From Geosiphon pyriformis uo1 (Eukaryota > Fungi > Glomeromycota), in assembly GCA_016748015.1 (NCBI GenBank), contig JAAOMT010000128.1, forward strand, positions 1,123,538 to 1,187,537: a stretch of 64,000 nucleotides of DNA. Direction: 5' to 3'. The translations under genes and the position numbers were made by a program. Below the pieces are notes generated by a model that saw only the letters and a list, made by a program, of their open reading frames with translations, made no database searches and was not told where the DNA came from. Positions 12,101 to 25,693 of this stretch are shown here, piece by piece; the first letter of the stretch is position 1, and every line of letters begins with the position of its first letter.

Positions 12101-15100
12101 GAAAAAAGAAGAATTTACCTAGAACGCTGATCAAAACTGGGAAACCCATAACAATTAGAACAAATTATCAACAATCTGGAAATGAGAAGTGGATAAAATA
12201 AAAGAAAAAGGGAAAGAAAAAGAAAAAAATTCTATACCAACCCCTATTCACTCTACATATACATATATAACACCACAATTAAGCTATTGTTATCCAAAAC
12301 TCATATGCGTTGATTGTGATAAGAAATTGTTGTCAATGGGCACGTATTGTGGTGATAATGAGAAATACTCAACAGCGACCAAATTTTATTGCCACACATG
12401 TGTTATAGAACACTTTGGACATCCAAAATGAAAAGAGAAATGGGACAATGAATCATGCTTGGCTTGTGGTGAAACTCTTCTGGATGAAGGAATATGGAAC
12501 AACATTCCTGGGCAAGGAGGAACATGTGATGAATTATGTTAATACACAATTCTCATAAGTGACTGGGTAAGAAAAGGAATGCCCATAGACGTTACCTGAA
12601 GACAAGTCATCAAACATTTGGATGGATATTCACACAACAATGACAAAATCTGGTGAATGGCACTTACCAAAATTGAAGGAGTAACCCCAGAAGAAATAAA
12701 AACAATCAAAGACAACCTACCTGAACCCATAGAACTTGACTAGGACCCAGAACCAGTTATAAATCTACTAAATCCAGAACAATTCCACGAACACTACCAG
12801 GAATTAGCACTCACTAGAGAGAAACAAAAGCAATAGTTGAAAGAAATCAATACTCAACTATGTGACCATTGTTTAATTTCCTGTGACTTCCAATATTGTA
12901 ATGAGTGTAACCTCATTTACAATCTACTACCACACATGATCTACACAATCCCAGAGGAAGAAAAACCAATCAGCAGCTGTGCATCAGAATCGGAATTAGT
13001 TTTCAATTCTGATTCAGACTTCGACAATAATGATGATGAAAATAACAGTTCCAGCTCTGTTCAAAATGGCAATAACAATGACAACAATTCCAACTCAGAT
13101 TTAAACTCCAATTCAAACTATGAACAATATATCACACTTCTTGACCTCACCACAAAGCAAAAACTAAAATGGTTCAGTAATAATGATGAAGTTATTATGC
13201 CAGAATGTGTGCATGATACCAATGCAGGGTTTGATCTGAGATATCTGGGAAAAAATCCCATCAAATTGGAACCACATTCGCACACTTATATCGATCTGAA
13301 AATAGCACTGGAAATTTCAGCAACAACAATGGTTCAACTAGCATCCAGGAGTAGTTTAGTGAAAAAGGGAATTAACATTAGAAGAGAAATAATTGACGCA
13401 GGATATGTAAGAAATATTATTGCTATGCTACAAAATGATTCAGAAAAAGCATATATCATAGATCCAAATGAAAAGATAGCACAGGCAATATTCCTACCTC
13501 TGGTGAAAATAGCTCAATTAGTGTCAGTAGGAAACAGGAAGGAATTAAGAATTACAGTTAGAAGGATACAGGGATTTAAATCAATGGGTAGAATAGATAT
13601 ACTAGTCAATATGACAGAGGAAGAAATTGTTAACAAAGGAGAAATTATCTCAACCCATTAAGCAATTTTCATTCCACCATATGACCAGTATATGTTAACC
13701 ATAAAAAAAGAAGTGAAGAATCAAGCTCAATTGTTTGAAGCAGAAGCCACCATTTGTGAATCAGAAGAGATTGGACTCACCAATTTCTACATCTCAGCCA
13801 ACAGCCCAAAAATATTAAAATTTCTATCCACAACACAACTGAAAATGTTATTAAAATACCAAAGGGAACCATCATTGGATATTTAACCACTGAAGTTGAG
13901 GATCAACCACCAAACCACATTCCAGATTTTTCACAACTGTGTGAATATGTGGACATTACATCACAAACCATCTATGGATGAAGTGAATGCTATCTGCTCC
14001 AACCAGAACAATTGGAACAGATAAACATAAAAAATCTAGACTCACTCCAACAGATGCAACTAAAGATGTTACTCAGCAACTTCAATGACATCTTTGCTAG
14101 CAAAAATGAATTTGGCTGCACCAATATCATCCAGCATCAGATCAAAACTGGAGATGCAATGCCAATTAAACAAAGAGCATACAGAGTATCACCAGCTAGC
14201 CATGAGATCATTTATTAAGAAATCAATCAGATGCTTAACAATGGGCTAATTCAGCCATCAATAAATCCATAGTCATTACCAGTAGTACTAGTCCAGAAGA
14301 AGAATAGAAAAATTCACTTTTGTGTAGATTACCAGAAATTGAATGGAATAACTAAGGGAGACAGCTATCCAACTCCAAAGATCCAAAAACTATTTGATGC
14401 TTTTGAAGGAAACAAATAGTTCTCAATACTGGATCTAAATAGTGGCTACTGACAAGTAGCCATAGATCCAGCTGACAAAGAAAAGACCGCATTTACAATA
14501 AGAAAAGAAAATTTTGAATTTGAAGTCATGCCATTTGGCTTGATAAACACTCCAGCAACATTCCAACAGCTCATGAAAATTGTATATACTGAACTACTAT
14601 GGAAATCAGTAGTCATATACTTAAACGACACCAATGTATTCTCAAAAACATTTGACAATCATCTGCATCATCTTCAGCAGGTGTTTAAAAGACTAAGAAG
14701 AGCCAGATTGAAACTAAATGCAATGAAATGTTTCTTTGGAAAAACTGAACTCAAGTTTTTGGGATATGTTGTAAGCAAAGATGATATCAAAACAGATCCA
14801 GATAAGATCACAATAGTAAAAAACTTTCCAGTACCAACAAACTTGCCAGAACTAAAGGCATTTTTGGGATTCGCAGGCTATTATCACCGCTTTATCAAGA
14901 ACTTTTCTAAACTAGCTCAGCCATTTTACCAGCTACAAACTAAGAATGTAAAGTATAAATGGACTGAAGCTCAACAAAAAGCATTTGACACATTGAGAAG
15001 AAAGCTTATTCAAGCTCCAGTGTTGATGTATCCAGACCACAACAAACCATTCATTATTACTACAGATGCATTAGGTCAAGCATTGGGAGCAGTACTATTG

Positions 15101-15445
15101 CAGAAAAGACCAGATGAAAGAGAACATCCAATAGCTTATACCAGTAGAAGCTTAAGTCCAGCTGAAAAGAACTATGGAACTCCAGCACTGGAACACTTAG
15201 TAATCTATTGGGCAGTCATAAAATAGAGAGAATACTTAAGCCAAAAGTTTGAAATATACATGGATCACAAGGAATTGACTTCAATTCAGAAACAAGAATT
15301 TGCAGATAATCACCATGCCAAATAGAAAATAGAACTTTCACCATTTAACTATACAGTACATTATAAAAAGGGAAAAAATAATGGAAATGCCGACAGATTG
15401 TCATAAATGAGACAAATCAAAAAACATTTCAACCCAAAAATATAA
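9191..15445 (+). pseudogene. gag-pol of B (N-extension, capsid, knuckle, protease, Cys-rich domain, dUTPase, RT, RNase H)
   Basis: Capsid MAYASIAKLDKF..WL; LILDS protease; AGFDL/RSSL/IIDAGY dUTPase; MPFGL..PATFQ/YLND RT; TTDA RNase H; stops and frameshifts. Confidence 0.92.
13200..13590 (+). pseudogene. dUTPase domain of B
   Basis: NAGFDLR, ASRSSL, IIDAGY, KIAQAI and RRIQGFKSMG in ORF 12837..13661. Confidence 0.9.
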
Positions 15446-15451
15446 CAAAAG

Positions 15452-16812
15452 ATGAATATACAAAAATACTAACAACTACAATATTATATAAAGACTCAAT
15501 TGTTCAAGGAGAAATTATCTTAAAAAGAACAAAGAGACATAAAACAACAATCCAAATATTTTATTAACCATCAAAATATACTTTACTGGAAAAACAAGAA
15601 AAATCCAGATCAACCAACCAGAGTAATCACAGAACCAGAGAAAGAGACAATATTATTCAATATGCATTCAGACCCAACAGCAGAGCATTTTCACAAAAAA
15701 GCAATCATAGAAAGAACCAGAAAAAGATACTATTGGCCAGCAATGTATCCAAACATCATCTAATATGTGCAAAATTGTGATGCTTGTCAGAGAAAAGGAA
15801 AAGCAAAACCAAGTAAACCATTAAGACCAATCAAAGTGGGACAACCATTTGATCGCATTGGAATTGACTTAGTTAGACCATTAACAATCACCAGCAGAGA
15901 CAACAAATATATCGCAGTAGTTATGGACTATCTTACCAAATGGCCAGAAACAAAAGCCATTCAAAGAGCAGATGCAGAATCCGTTGCCGAATTCATTCAT
16001 CAAGATTTAATTTGTTGACATGAATGTCCAAAAGAACTATTATCAGATCAAGGAACTCATTTTGTGAACAGAACACTGGCAGAATTAAGTCAAAGATTTG
16101 GAATTAAAAGACTATTATTATCACCATATCATCCACAAACCAATAGACTAGTTGAAAGATTCAATAAAACATTGTGTAAAGAAATCACCAAAATTAGTCA
16201 AGAAAACCAAGACAAATGGGATTTGTTCATACCATCAGTATTATTTGCTTATTGGATAATGAAACAAGATATCACACAAGCAACACCATTTGAACTAGTA
16301 TACGGTAGAACAGCAACATTACCAGTTGAAATAGAGGTCAATACATATTCAATTGAACCAATAACAGAAGATAATTTTCAAAAAACATTGTTGAGAAGAA
16401 CATATGACTTAATGAAAACACTAGAAAACAGACAACATACAAAAGTCACAAAAGAAACAAAAAGAGAGACACAATAACCAACTACCAGACAAACCAGTTG
16501 AATTCAAAATTGGAGACAAAGTACTTTTACATCGTACTAAAGCGGAAAAACAATGGAGTGGAAAAATTTGACCCCAAATGGGACAAATCATTTCACATTG
16601 AAAAAATTCTTGAAAATGGAGCTTACAAATTAAAATGGGACAACAAAATCTTAGCCAAAACAGCACATGATGATCAACTGAAACAATATCACCAGATAGC
16701 ATCATTATTTACCAATAACATTCCACAACTAGGAGTACAAAGAATACTAGTTCAACCAGATGAGATTCCACGAGATCTGGAACTAATCATAGTTATTAAA
16801 CCAAACATGTAA
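15452..16812 (+). pseudogene. Integrase ORF of B (HHCC, DDE, GPY/F)
   Basis: Starts at ATG 15452; H.DP..H, CDACQ, GIDLV, SDQGTHF, LVERFN. Confidence 0.92.
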
Positions 16813-16850
16813 AATCAAACAATCAGAGAGTATATAAAGACACAGTATAC

Positions 16851-17507
16851 GTGACAAAAGCAATCAAAAAAATGGAAATACCAGATCATATTCACATTAT
16901 AGCTCAACAACTGTTTCAGACCTTAAGTCAACAACAGTTAGACATGGAAATTATCATTAACAACCAAACAATTTGCTATCAAAACACTAAAAAAAAGACA
17001 AAGAATACACCATATCAGCAGGTACCAAAAAATGATAAAAACCGGTCAGATAACATAATAGAAAAAGTAAAAAACACATTTGGGAAAATACTTATTATAG
17101 CACCAACAGAAAAACTTACAAAAGAAAATTGAAAACAATAGACAAAACAATTTCCAATATCATACTGTTACTACCAGTTAGGTCGGAAGTTGAATATTCA
17201 GAAGTTGTATATTGACAAATCCAAGAAAATATTCAACCAAGACATAATACAACAAATTGAAAAATTTATCAGAAAGAAAACAAATTCAACACTACATGTT
17301 AAAACAATGTACTGACTACACAACATATTTTGAAATTATCTAGAAATACTATTACACTCTGACATGGAAACTATAACCATTAACCAATAGGGAAGAATGA
17401 ACAATACACAAGTAGAAGACGTAAGAAACAGAGTTGAACAAACAATACTTGAAAAAGAAGTATTAGAATTAATTCAAAACAAAGATTTTGATGGAGCTCA
17501 ATATTAA
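16851..17507 (+). pseudogene. Accessory ORF3 of B (unknown function)
   Basis: One frame through internal stops; homologous to 59954-60643 and, more distantly, to 57570-58289. Confidence 0.8.
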
Positions 17508-17518
17508 AAAAGAGGAGA
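17506..17518 (+). other. Polypurine tract of B
   Basis: AAAAAAGAGGAGA, 3 nt before the 3' LTR. Confidence 0.85.
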
Positions 17519-17521
17519 TAA

Positions 17522-18403
17522 TGTTACTCATAGAAAAAGAAAACAGATATAAGAAAATAGGAGACCAATAAGAGAATAGTAGTTAACATATGAGCACATT
17601 GCTCAGCAATGTGAAGCAATATCAGAAAGTATAGCACATTGTTCAGCAATATGGAGCCATATCAGAAATCATGGCACATCACTCAGCAATGTAGAGCAAT
17701 GTCAAGAAAATATGGCACATTGCTTAGCAATATGAGCATTGCTTGAGAAATTATAGCACATTACTTGAGAATGTGAGTGATTTCATAGAATCCAAATTAT
17801 GTATATATAGTGGTAGCATTAGAAGTAGAAAAAACAGATCTCTCAGTTTAGATTTGATCTAAACAACCTTCCATTCACAAATATCAATAAATAATTATTC
17901 ACCATCTTAATCCACTTTCCACTATTAACACTTCATGTTGATAGTAAGTGATACTTAACCACATGAAAACAATAGCTTTTGATTATGGCTATTGACAGGA
18001 TATTAACTTGCAATTGCTTTCATTTATTTCTTTATTTTTTTCTTTTATTTTCTTTGTTTTGTCATTTTGTTGGTTTTATTAAACTGATTAAAAATTAAGT
18101 GCTGAGTTATTGATGTCAAGGATAGCCTGGTAAAAGACCCCAAAGGAAGGGTATAGGAATTGAGAATTTAAGGATAACTTACCAAAAGGGCATCTCTGCC
18201 AAGATTACCAGCCACCACACTGAAAAAGAAATTCGATGGAATTGCGATTCCAGAAGGCTATGGAAAAGACAATACTTGAATTTCTGTCCATTATACAAAA
18301 GACTCCACAACAAAACCTTCAGATATTAACACCAGAATACCAACTCAGCACCAAGTTACAAATTTGTTATTTGACTTGAGACCCCAAATAATCATCTGTA
18401 ACA
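17522..18403 (+). repeat. 3' LTR of B
   Basis: Direct repeat of 8247-9127. Confidence 0.97.
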
Positions 18404-20069
18404 ATGGATATCTCTTTTGATGAAAAGTTAGGGCACAAGATGGGCAAAGACTTGGGCTATGGTGCTGACAGTAAGAGTAATAGACCACTGGACTCTTGTA
18501 CCAACACCCCAAAGGCTAAATGCTTCAACTCTGATATGGTAAAGGCTCTATCTTTGAGTCCCTGTAATTTTGGCTCTACTATTGATAATATTGACATGGA
18601 CTTACCTCCCTCTGTTTCTTTGAAATTCACTTTTTGTCTGGTTGCTTCTGTTAAGGAAAGACTCTGCTTTGAACTGACCAAATTTTTTACACTTGACATT
18701 GGTCTGTTGGCTGTTCTCAGAAGTACTCTATGTGACAAACTCAAGGGTGTCAGGAAGCTATTCTATAAAATTGATGGTTTTGGGGGTGTGTTAACTCCAT
18801 CAAAATTTCTAGGCATCATTAGAGCGTCTTTCATGTCTGAATCCAGTCTTGTTTTGGCTAAACAGTTGGCTGTGTCTAAGAATATTGTTGTCAATACTAA
18901 TCTAAAAAAGATTGGCATATGATCAGATCAGGAAATTGTTATCAAAGAGATTCTGGTCAATCTGCCCAAATCAGCAGTTGAATCAGCTTTGGTTAAGTAT
19001 GGGAAAATTTTTTCAATCAAAATACAACTAATTGGTCTTTGGTAGAAAGTGCTGGTAAAGTTTAAGAGTTCTCAAGTTGCTGACCTGGTTGTGTTTAAAT
19101 GGTCAATCTTGCTGGGTAAGGACTCGGCGCATGTTGTCAAAGCCAATACTGACAAACAAATATGGAATTTAAAGGACAGCTATCATGCTCTCCTATATAT
19201 TCTGCTAATGGGCACAACTGCCCATGATCTCTTGGGTCTGGTTCAGTTATATAATAGAAAGACTTGCTATATTTCTAGGAACTTGGTATCTTACACAAGG
19301 GCCTACTGTGCTGTCATATGGTTTGATTCTGAAGACACCAGAAAGGCTGCCATTTGCTCTACACTAGTGTTTAAGAGTGTCAACCTCATCTGGACTGGTT
19401 TGTCTTCTCTTAAGTATGCTGCATGTGATAATTTTGGTTACGTTTTCTTTGAATGTGGCAGTGATGAAAAAAACTTTGGACAGAGTTTCAAAAAAAGATT
19501 TTTTTGTTCCAATTCAGATAAGAAGCACCTTGTGCTCATCTATGCCAAAAAACAAGCTCCCGTGTCTTATCTAATCTCCTTTGGTGGTGTGACTTGGGCT
19601 TCTATAGTAAGCAGCTTTCCTAAAATTTTATCTTCTATACTGTTTATTGAGACCAATTTGGGCATGGGATTGGTTGACAGTTCAATGTCTACAGTTACAA
19701 TTCTGGCTTTACATATTAGTGTCTTCAAGTGTTCGCTTAAGAATGTGTTTGACTAGGTGGCTGACATTTCACATAAGCTGAACAGATTGCTGGCTGTTTC
19801 ATTGGTAAGTGTTCCTGTTTTTCCCACTCCTGAACACAACCTAATGCTGGATATGGCTGTTGACACTCCATTGTTCATTCCTTTTATGCCTGGTGTGATC
19901 ACTGCTATCTCCCAAGACATTTCTCCAAGTGGTTCTCAAGTTTTAACTGCGAAAGTAGGTGGCCTAAAAGCTAACCTGATGGTTCTGAAGAATTCAGTTA
20001 AGGCAATATTGAATAATTTGGACTCTTTTGGTTCTGATAGTGGTGTGATAACCCTTTTTTCCCCAATGA
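18404..20069 (+). pseudogene. LINE2 ORF1, 3' portion (5' portion at 8084-8246)
   Basis: Continues the reading interrupted at 8246; colinear with LINE1 ORF1. Confidence 0.85.
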
Positions 20070-23000
20070 ATAGTTTAACTTAGAAAATTACTACTTGTAA
20101 TGTTAGAAATATGAATGTCCCTGCTAAGCAGAATGACATAATTAGATGATATATGACTTCAAATAATGATATTTCAATAGTTATTGAGACTAAGCTTTGC
20201 TCCAGTGTTAAGTCTTGAATTGCAAATAAGTTTTCTGGTGTGAAGATTTTTACTTTGGGTCTGGATACTGGGTTTTTAGGTACAGGCATCACTTTAATCA
20301 TAAATGAAAGTTTAACCAAACATGTTTCAAAAATCTCTGAGATTCCGGGTAGACGTTTGATGGTCTGTTTGCTTTTTAAAAACAAATAATCTGTTTTTGT
20401 GTTGGGTTTATATGTGGAGGCTTCTCTGGATAGCCATATAATCTAGGCTGGTCTTATTAATTCCTTTATAGTCAGAGCTTATAATGAGAGTATTTTTGTT
20501 ATATTAAGTGGTAATTTCAATGAGGACAGGAACAAATATAGCTTTAGCTTTAGTAAATGTGTAGATCTAAATCTGGTCAATATATTAATCAATAGTTCTT
20601 ATATTAGGACTTCTATTTGGAGGAATTTCAGAGGTGTTGAAAGGATTATTGATTACATTTTTGTTTCATAAAGTTTGAATAATGCTTTAGTAAATGGGCA
20701 AGTTGTGGATGTAGATGAGTTTTTTAGCACTGATCATAGTTCTGTTTAAATTACAATTGGTCTTGGTAGAATTTTGGATCCTGTCTTGAAAGCCATTTGT
20801 GTTTAAGCCAACAAAAACAAGTAGAGATTTAATGTCAAATATGCTAATAGGGTTAAATGGAAGTAGTATAAAATTGCATTTTATGATAATCTTGCCATGT
20901 TTTCTAATGTATTTGCTGATTGTTATTGTTTGTTTAATCTGGATGACATGTGAAGCATTGTTTACAAAGCCATTTGTTTTTCAGCAAGTGAAGTTTTCTC
21001 GAAAACTTGGCCTAAGAATTTTAATGGTGGCTTTACCAAGTGTTCTTCTCACTATCATAGATTAGAACTTTTGGTTTCTAAGTTGGTGAAGGCTTTATAT
21101 TCTGTGTCATCTAATAAGTTTGTCTCTCTGTTGAATGTTTGAATATCTCTAAATTCTGTTAATGCTTCTGTTATCAAATCTCTTTTTCTTTTGGGATCTT
21201 ATTTTGATGCCATTAGATCAGCTTTGGCAAAGATTATAAAGTCTTATCATTCTCTTAAGATGATAGAATCGAAACATGCTAAGGACTCTCAAATCAGGCT
21301 GGCAATTGACAAAAAGATAGAAAACTTTGAGTTAAATAAGAGCCAAATCATTAAAAGTGTACTTGAGTAGCCATTTCACAAAATTATATTGGATCACCTG
21401 GTTGTAAATGAAGACCTCATTTTGAAGCCTGGTTTGGTTAAATTTTATATCAATAAAATTATGGAGGGCTGGACCAGAAAGTGTGTGGTGGTTGACAATG
21501 TTTCAGATGAATGGCTTCACCAATTTCAACCCTTGGAGCATGTTTTTGATAATGCTTTTTTGAATATGATGCACCCAATTGAGATGGATAAATTTTTTGG
21601 TGTGGTTTTGAATTTGCCTGATAATAAAGCTGCTGGCCTTTCTGGTATTACAAATAAACTATGAAAGCATTATGACAGGTCTGTTCTGGATTTGTTTTTG
21701 GTGCTTTTGAACTCTTGTTTGATTTGTGAATCTGTTCTGGATCCTTGAAAAGAGGCCTGAGTGTCTATGATTTCTAAACCCTATGACTAAAAGAGAGTTT
21801 TTATGAATATCTAACTCATAGCACTAATTGAAACTGCCCACAAAATTCTTTCTAAGATTTTTTCTGATAGGATTTTTGTGGTGTGTAGTAAGTATGATGT
21901 TTTTTATGGTGACAACTTCTCAGTTCTTAAAAGTACAATGACACAGTCTCCTATTTTTGCTATTGGTTCAGTGATTGAGGATGCTTTGAAAAAGAATTGT
22001 GAACTTTGGCTTGTTTTACAAGACATGAAGAAAGCATATGATTCAATTGGTTGAGAACATCTGAAAAAAAGTTTGGTCAGAATCAAAATGTGCAGTAGAT
22101 TCATAAAATTTTTTGAGAGTATTCACAATGGTTGCATGAACAGAGTGATGACTGATTTTGGATTGACTAATAGTTATAGTGTTCATGATGGCTTAGATTA
22201 GAAGAAAGTGTTTTTACTTCTTCTTTGGCATATTTTTTACAACACATTGTTGTATGAAGTAAAGAGACAAGAGGCAATATGTGGCTATAGAATGAATTCA
22301 CATTATGTTGCCAAAACTGGTTGCATAGATCTCCAGGATGGTTTGATTTTTTTTCTTGCTGCAGGTGTACTATATGGGTTGGTTCTAGTCAGACAGCTAC
22401 ACAACACATTTTCAATGTTGCCAGTGAATTTTTCAGGATGAATGATATCTCGATCAATACCAACAAGACTGTAGCAATTCTGATTAATTGCAGGGTAGCA
22501 GCTTCTTTTTTATCTGTCAGTGGCGCTCCTATTTTCATCACCAAAAAAGGTGTGTCTCACCAATATCTGGGTATTTTTTTTTTCCAATGGGTTGTCTAAG
22601 CCTAGCTTGGCCAAAGCACATTCAAATGTTTGGTTTTTTGCCAATCTTGTTCTGAGAAAAGCAATTTCAGACAAACACTTTTCTTACTTGGTTTCAGTAG
22701 TTTTTCATCTTATTGTTGGTTACAGGACCCAGTTTAGCTTCATTTCTGCTAGTGTGTGCCAAAAATGGGATGTTTTAATTTGAAAGAGCCTGAAATTGAA
22801 ATTGGGTCTGCCCTTGGACTTTCCTAATGATGTTTTGCACCACTCTTTGTTTTATGGCTTAAAGACTTTTGAGCAGGTCCAAGCCGAAGACAAGATTGCT
22901 GCTGTAATATGCTTTACTAACTCTGTTAAAATTTTGGGCCAATTGTTCACACATAGGTCGCATGACTTACAAGTCTTGAGTTGGTGTCCTGTACATCTCT

Positions 23001-24739
23001 TGTGTTCTTCACTTTACATTAGTGTTAATCTTTTGAACAACTTCTTGGCAGATGTGGTTTGGGTCTTTCTCGGCTCTGGTTTGTCTTTGGGTAATCTTAT
23101 GTATAATGTTTTTTGCTTTCAGCATGGAACTTCTTTGTCTGGTATCTTTGGTGAGTTAATGTATTTCAAGTGTCTTCTCTCTCTTTGTCATTATGAAATT
23201 GCTTTTGTTAAGCAGCTTCAGTGCTGGAATGGTGCTGTCTTTAACTGAAAGACTTTCAAGTGGTGAAAGAGACTTGACTTACATGATTCTATTCCTGTTT
23301 GATTTGTTACTGCCATTTAGTATCTCTATAATTCTGGTTCTCTTGATGTCAAATTTCTTCTTTCAGATGTTGCTGCTGCTGGAAACATTCTTGAATCTCA
23401 TGAGTTTAGGTCAGTACATGATCAGTTGTCTGGCATTAGTGTCTTTGGCTTTTCTGTGTACATGAATGATTTTCTTTGTAGCTTGAAGAGTGTTGATATA
23501 AAAGCTGGTGCTGCTGCATTCTTCGAAGACATTAACTTAGGTCTTGGGATGGAGATAACTGGCATAATGTCTTCTACACTGGTGGAGCTTCAAGCCATTG
23601 TGTTGGCTCTTAAGTGTATGCTTAGTTCAAGTTCAGTCTGTCTATTTTCTGACAGCCAAGCTGTTTTGAATGTGTGTAAATCTGAATTATTGTTGTTGGT
23701 TTTGGATTTTCAGAACAAATATTGGGTTGAATGTTGACACATTGCTGACATTATACGTAAGAGGAATTTGAATATTGGCTGGTATAAGATTAAAGGACAC
23801 TTAGGTGTTTTGGGTAATGATCAAGCTGACTTACTTGCTGATGTCTCTTCCCATTCGAACCAGTTCTTTTCTTCCCAGCTCAAGAAATGTTTTGTTTTGG
23901 CTAATGACAGTATTGTTTTTGGAAACTCTAGACACTTTGTTTGTGATATTTTTTGGTCTATCCATCATGCATGCTAGAAATTAAGATCTGGTGCCAAAAT
24001 TGTGAACAGTTGTCTGCTTACAGATATTAATTGGTTTAAATCATCTCTTGTTTGGCATCTTGATTCTTACATGGCTGCTGGTTTTACAAGTTGCCACTTT
24101 GCTAACTATTATTCCTATTTTATGAAAGCTTTACATTATAGACTACTTGTTGCTGTTTGCAAATGCCTCTTTGATAAATGTTACCCTAGTGTGGTGTGCC
24201 TATATTGTGGCAATATTGAAGTGTTGGACTATGTTTTCTCTTGTGCATTTGATGTGGCTGCTTGGAGTTAATTGTTTGTTGATTTTGCTTTTGCTTGGAG
24301 AGTTATTTTTGGTCTACCCCATGCCTCCTCTTGTGTGTCACAAATGTTATCTACCTGTTTGGTTGATTTGGGACTGGTTGCTTTGTTGTACAAAGATTTT
24401 ATACTTGTGGATTGGTATTAGGAGACCACTTCCTGCTTTGATAACTCTAAGATTGCATTTGATAAAGTAGTTGGGTTTGTTTGTAATTTGTGTCTGTCTT
24501 TTAAGAATGATATTTGGCTGGTCCACTTTAAGCATTGTGCTTTTATAGAGAAACATGATCTGATTCTTCGCAATAGTTTGATCCCTGTTTCAGTGTCTGG
24601 TGGCATGTCGACGCTTTCAGTCCAAGTGATTAGATTGCTTGGTATTGATGATACATTTGGTGTTAATTTTGGATTGCGCAGTTCTTGTTAGTTTTTTTCA
24701 GGTATAGATAATTTGATTTCTGTGTACATAGATGTATAG
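20066..24739 (+). pseudogene. LINE2 ORF2: APE endonuclease, RT, RNase H, C-terminal Zn finger
   Basis: TCNVR, GNFNE, IDYIFV, TDH; KAAGLSGI, QDMKKAYDS; the catalytic VDD segment is deleted near 22366; SSTLVELQAI, FSDSQA, KIKGH.G..GNDQAD; CLYCG. Confidence 0.92.
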
Positions 24740-24888
24740 TGTAATTCTGATTGGCTTGAGTGGCTAATCACATGTAGAAAAAGCATAATTCATACCTAGT
24801 ATAGATTATTATTTTGATGTATTGTTACTAGGCAGTGTTTGGATTTTGCTCGTTAAATTAATAAAAAAAAAATATATATATAATAAAA

Positions 24889-25564
24889 TTGTAATTAATT
24901 ATACAAGTTTTATTACTAATTAATTTTAAAAATTTTTATAGATTATATATATTTGTTTTTATTAATAAAATATAAACTAAATTTTTAATTTTTTATAAAA
25001 ATTTGTTAATTTTAATTTTAATTATATGTATTGTATTTTGTCTAATTAAAATAAACTATTTAAAAACCAGAAAATTAATTTAATTTTAATTATTAAATTT
25101 TAACTATACTCTTTGTTATGGTTTTATTAATTGTATTTTAATTAATATAATAATATTAAATTTAAATAATACAATATATATAATTTTTACAAATGTTTTT
25201 ATAAAATTTTTTTTAAGTATTATAGTTTAATTTATATAATTGTTTATTAGTTTTTTAAAATTAATATTTACTATTATATTAGTCAAATCTATAGTTTTAA
25301 AATAACTTATTATTTATTATTAAGAAATTTATATTTAAAATAATTTTTTTAATAAATATATTCAATTTAATCTTAAAAAAAACAAAAAAACATTATAGTT
25401 ATTGCTAACAATATTAAAGTTAATTTTGCTTAAAAATTTCATAATTTTTATACAAATTTTGACTTTAAATGTCTTTGAAATAATATTTAAATTATTTAAT
25501 TTTATATTATTATTAAAAACAGTTTTTTTATTAAGTATTGTTTATTTATATTAATATTTTTTGT
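24889..25564. other. Extremely AT-rich spacer 2
   Basis: Almost no G/C; lies between the LINE2 tail and the LINE3 5' end. Confidence 0.9.
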
Positions 25565-25693
25565 AAAAAACTTCTTTCTTTCTTACCTCCAAAAATCCTC
25601 AAAAAAGCACATTTTCTGTAAAAAGAAGTTTTTTTGTTTTTTTTAGTCTTTATCAATATTTTTTTACCTAATAATAACCCATTTTTTGTAGAT

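Larger units (their letters stand above)
8247..18403 (+). mobile_element. Ty3/Gypsy LTR retrotransposon, family B, complete provirus
   Basis: Paired LTRs 8247-9127 and 17522-18403, PBS, PPT, gag-pol, integrase and ORF3. The 4-bp TSD ATAG/ATGG is confirmed by the empty paralogous site in LINE1. Confidence 0.97.
7915..24872 (+). mobile_element. LINE2: full-length non-LTR retrotransposon (7915-8246 plus 18404-24872), split by provirus B
   Basis: 5' motif, ORF1, ORF2 (APE-RT-RNase H-Zn finger), 3' UTR and A-rich tail. Candidate 19-bp TSD: aaatatatataaaataaaa (7898-7916) versus aaatatatatataataaaa (24870-24888). Confidence 0.92.
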
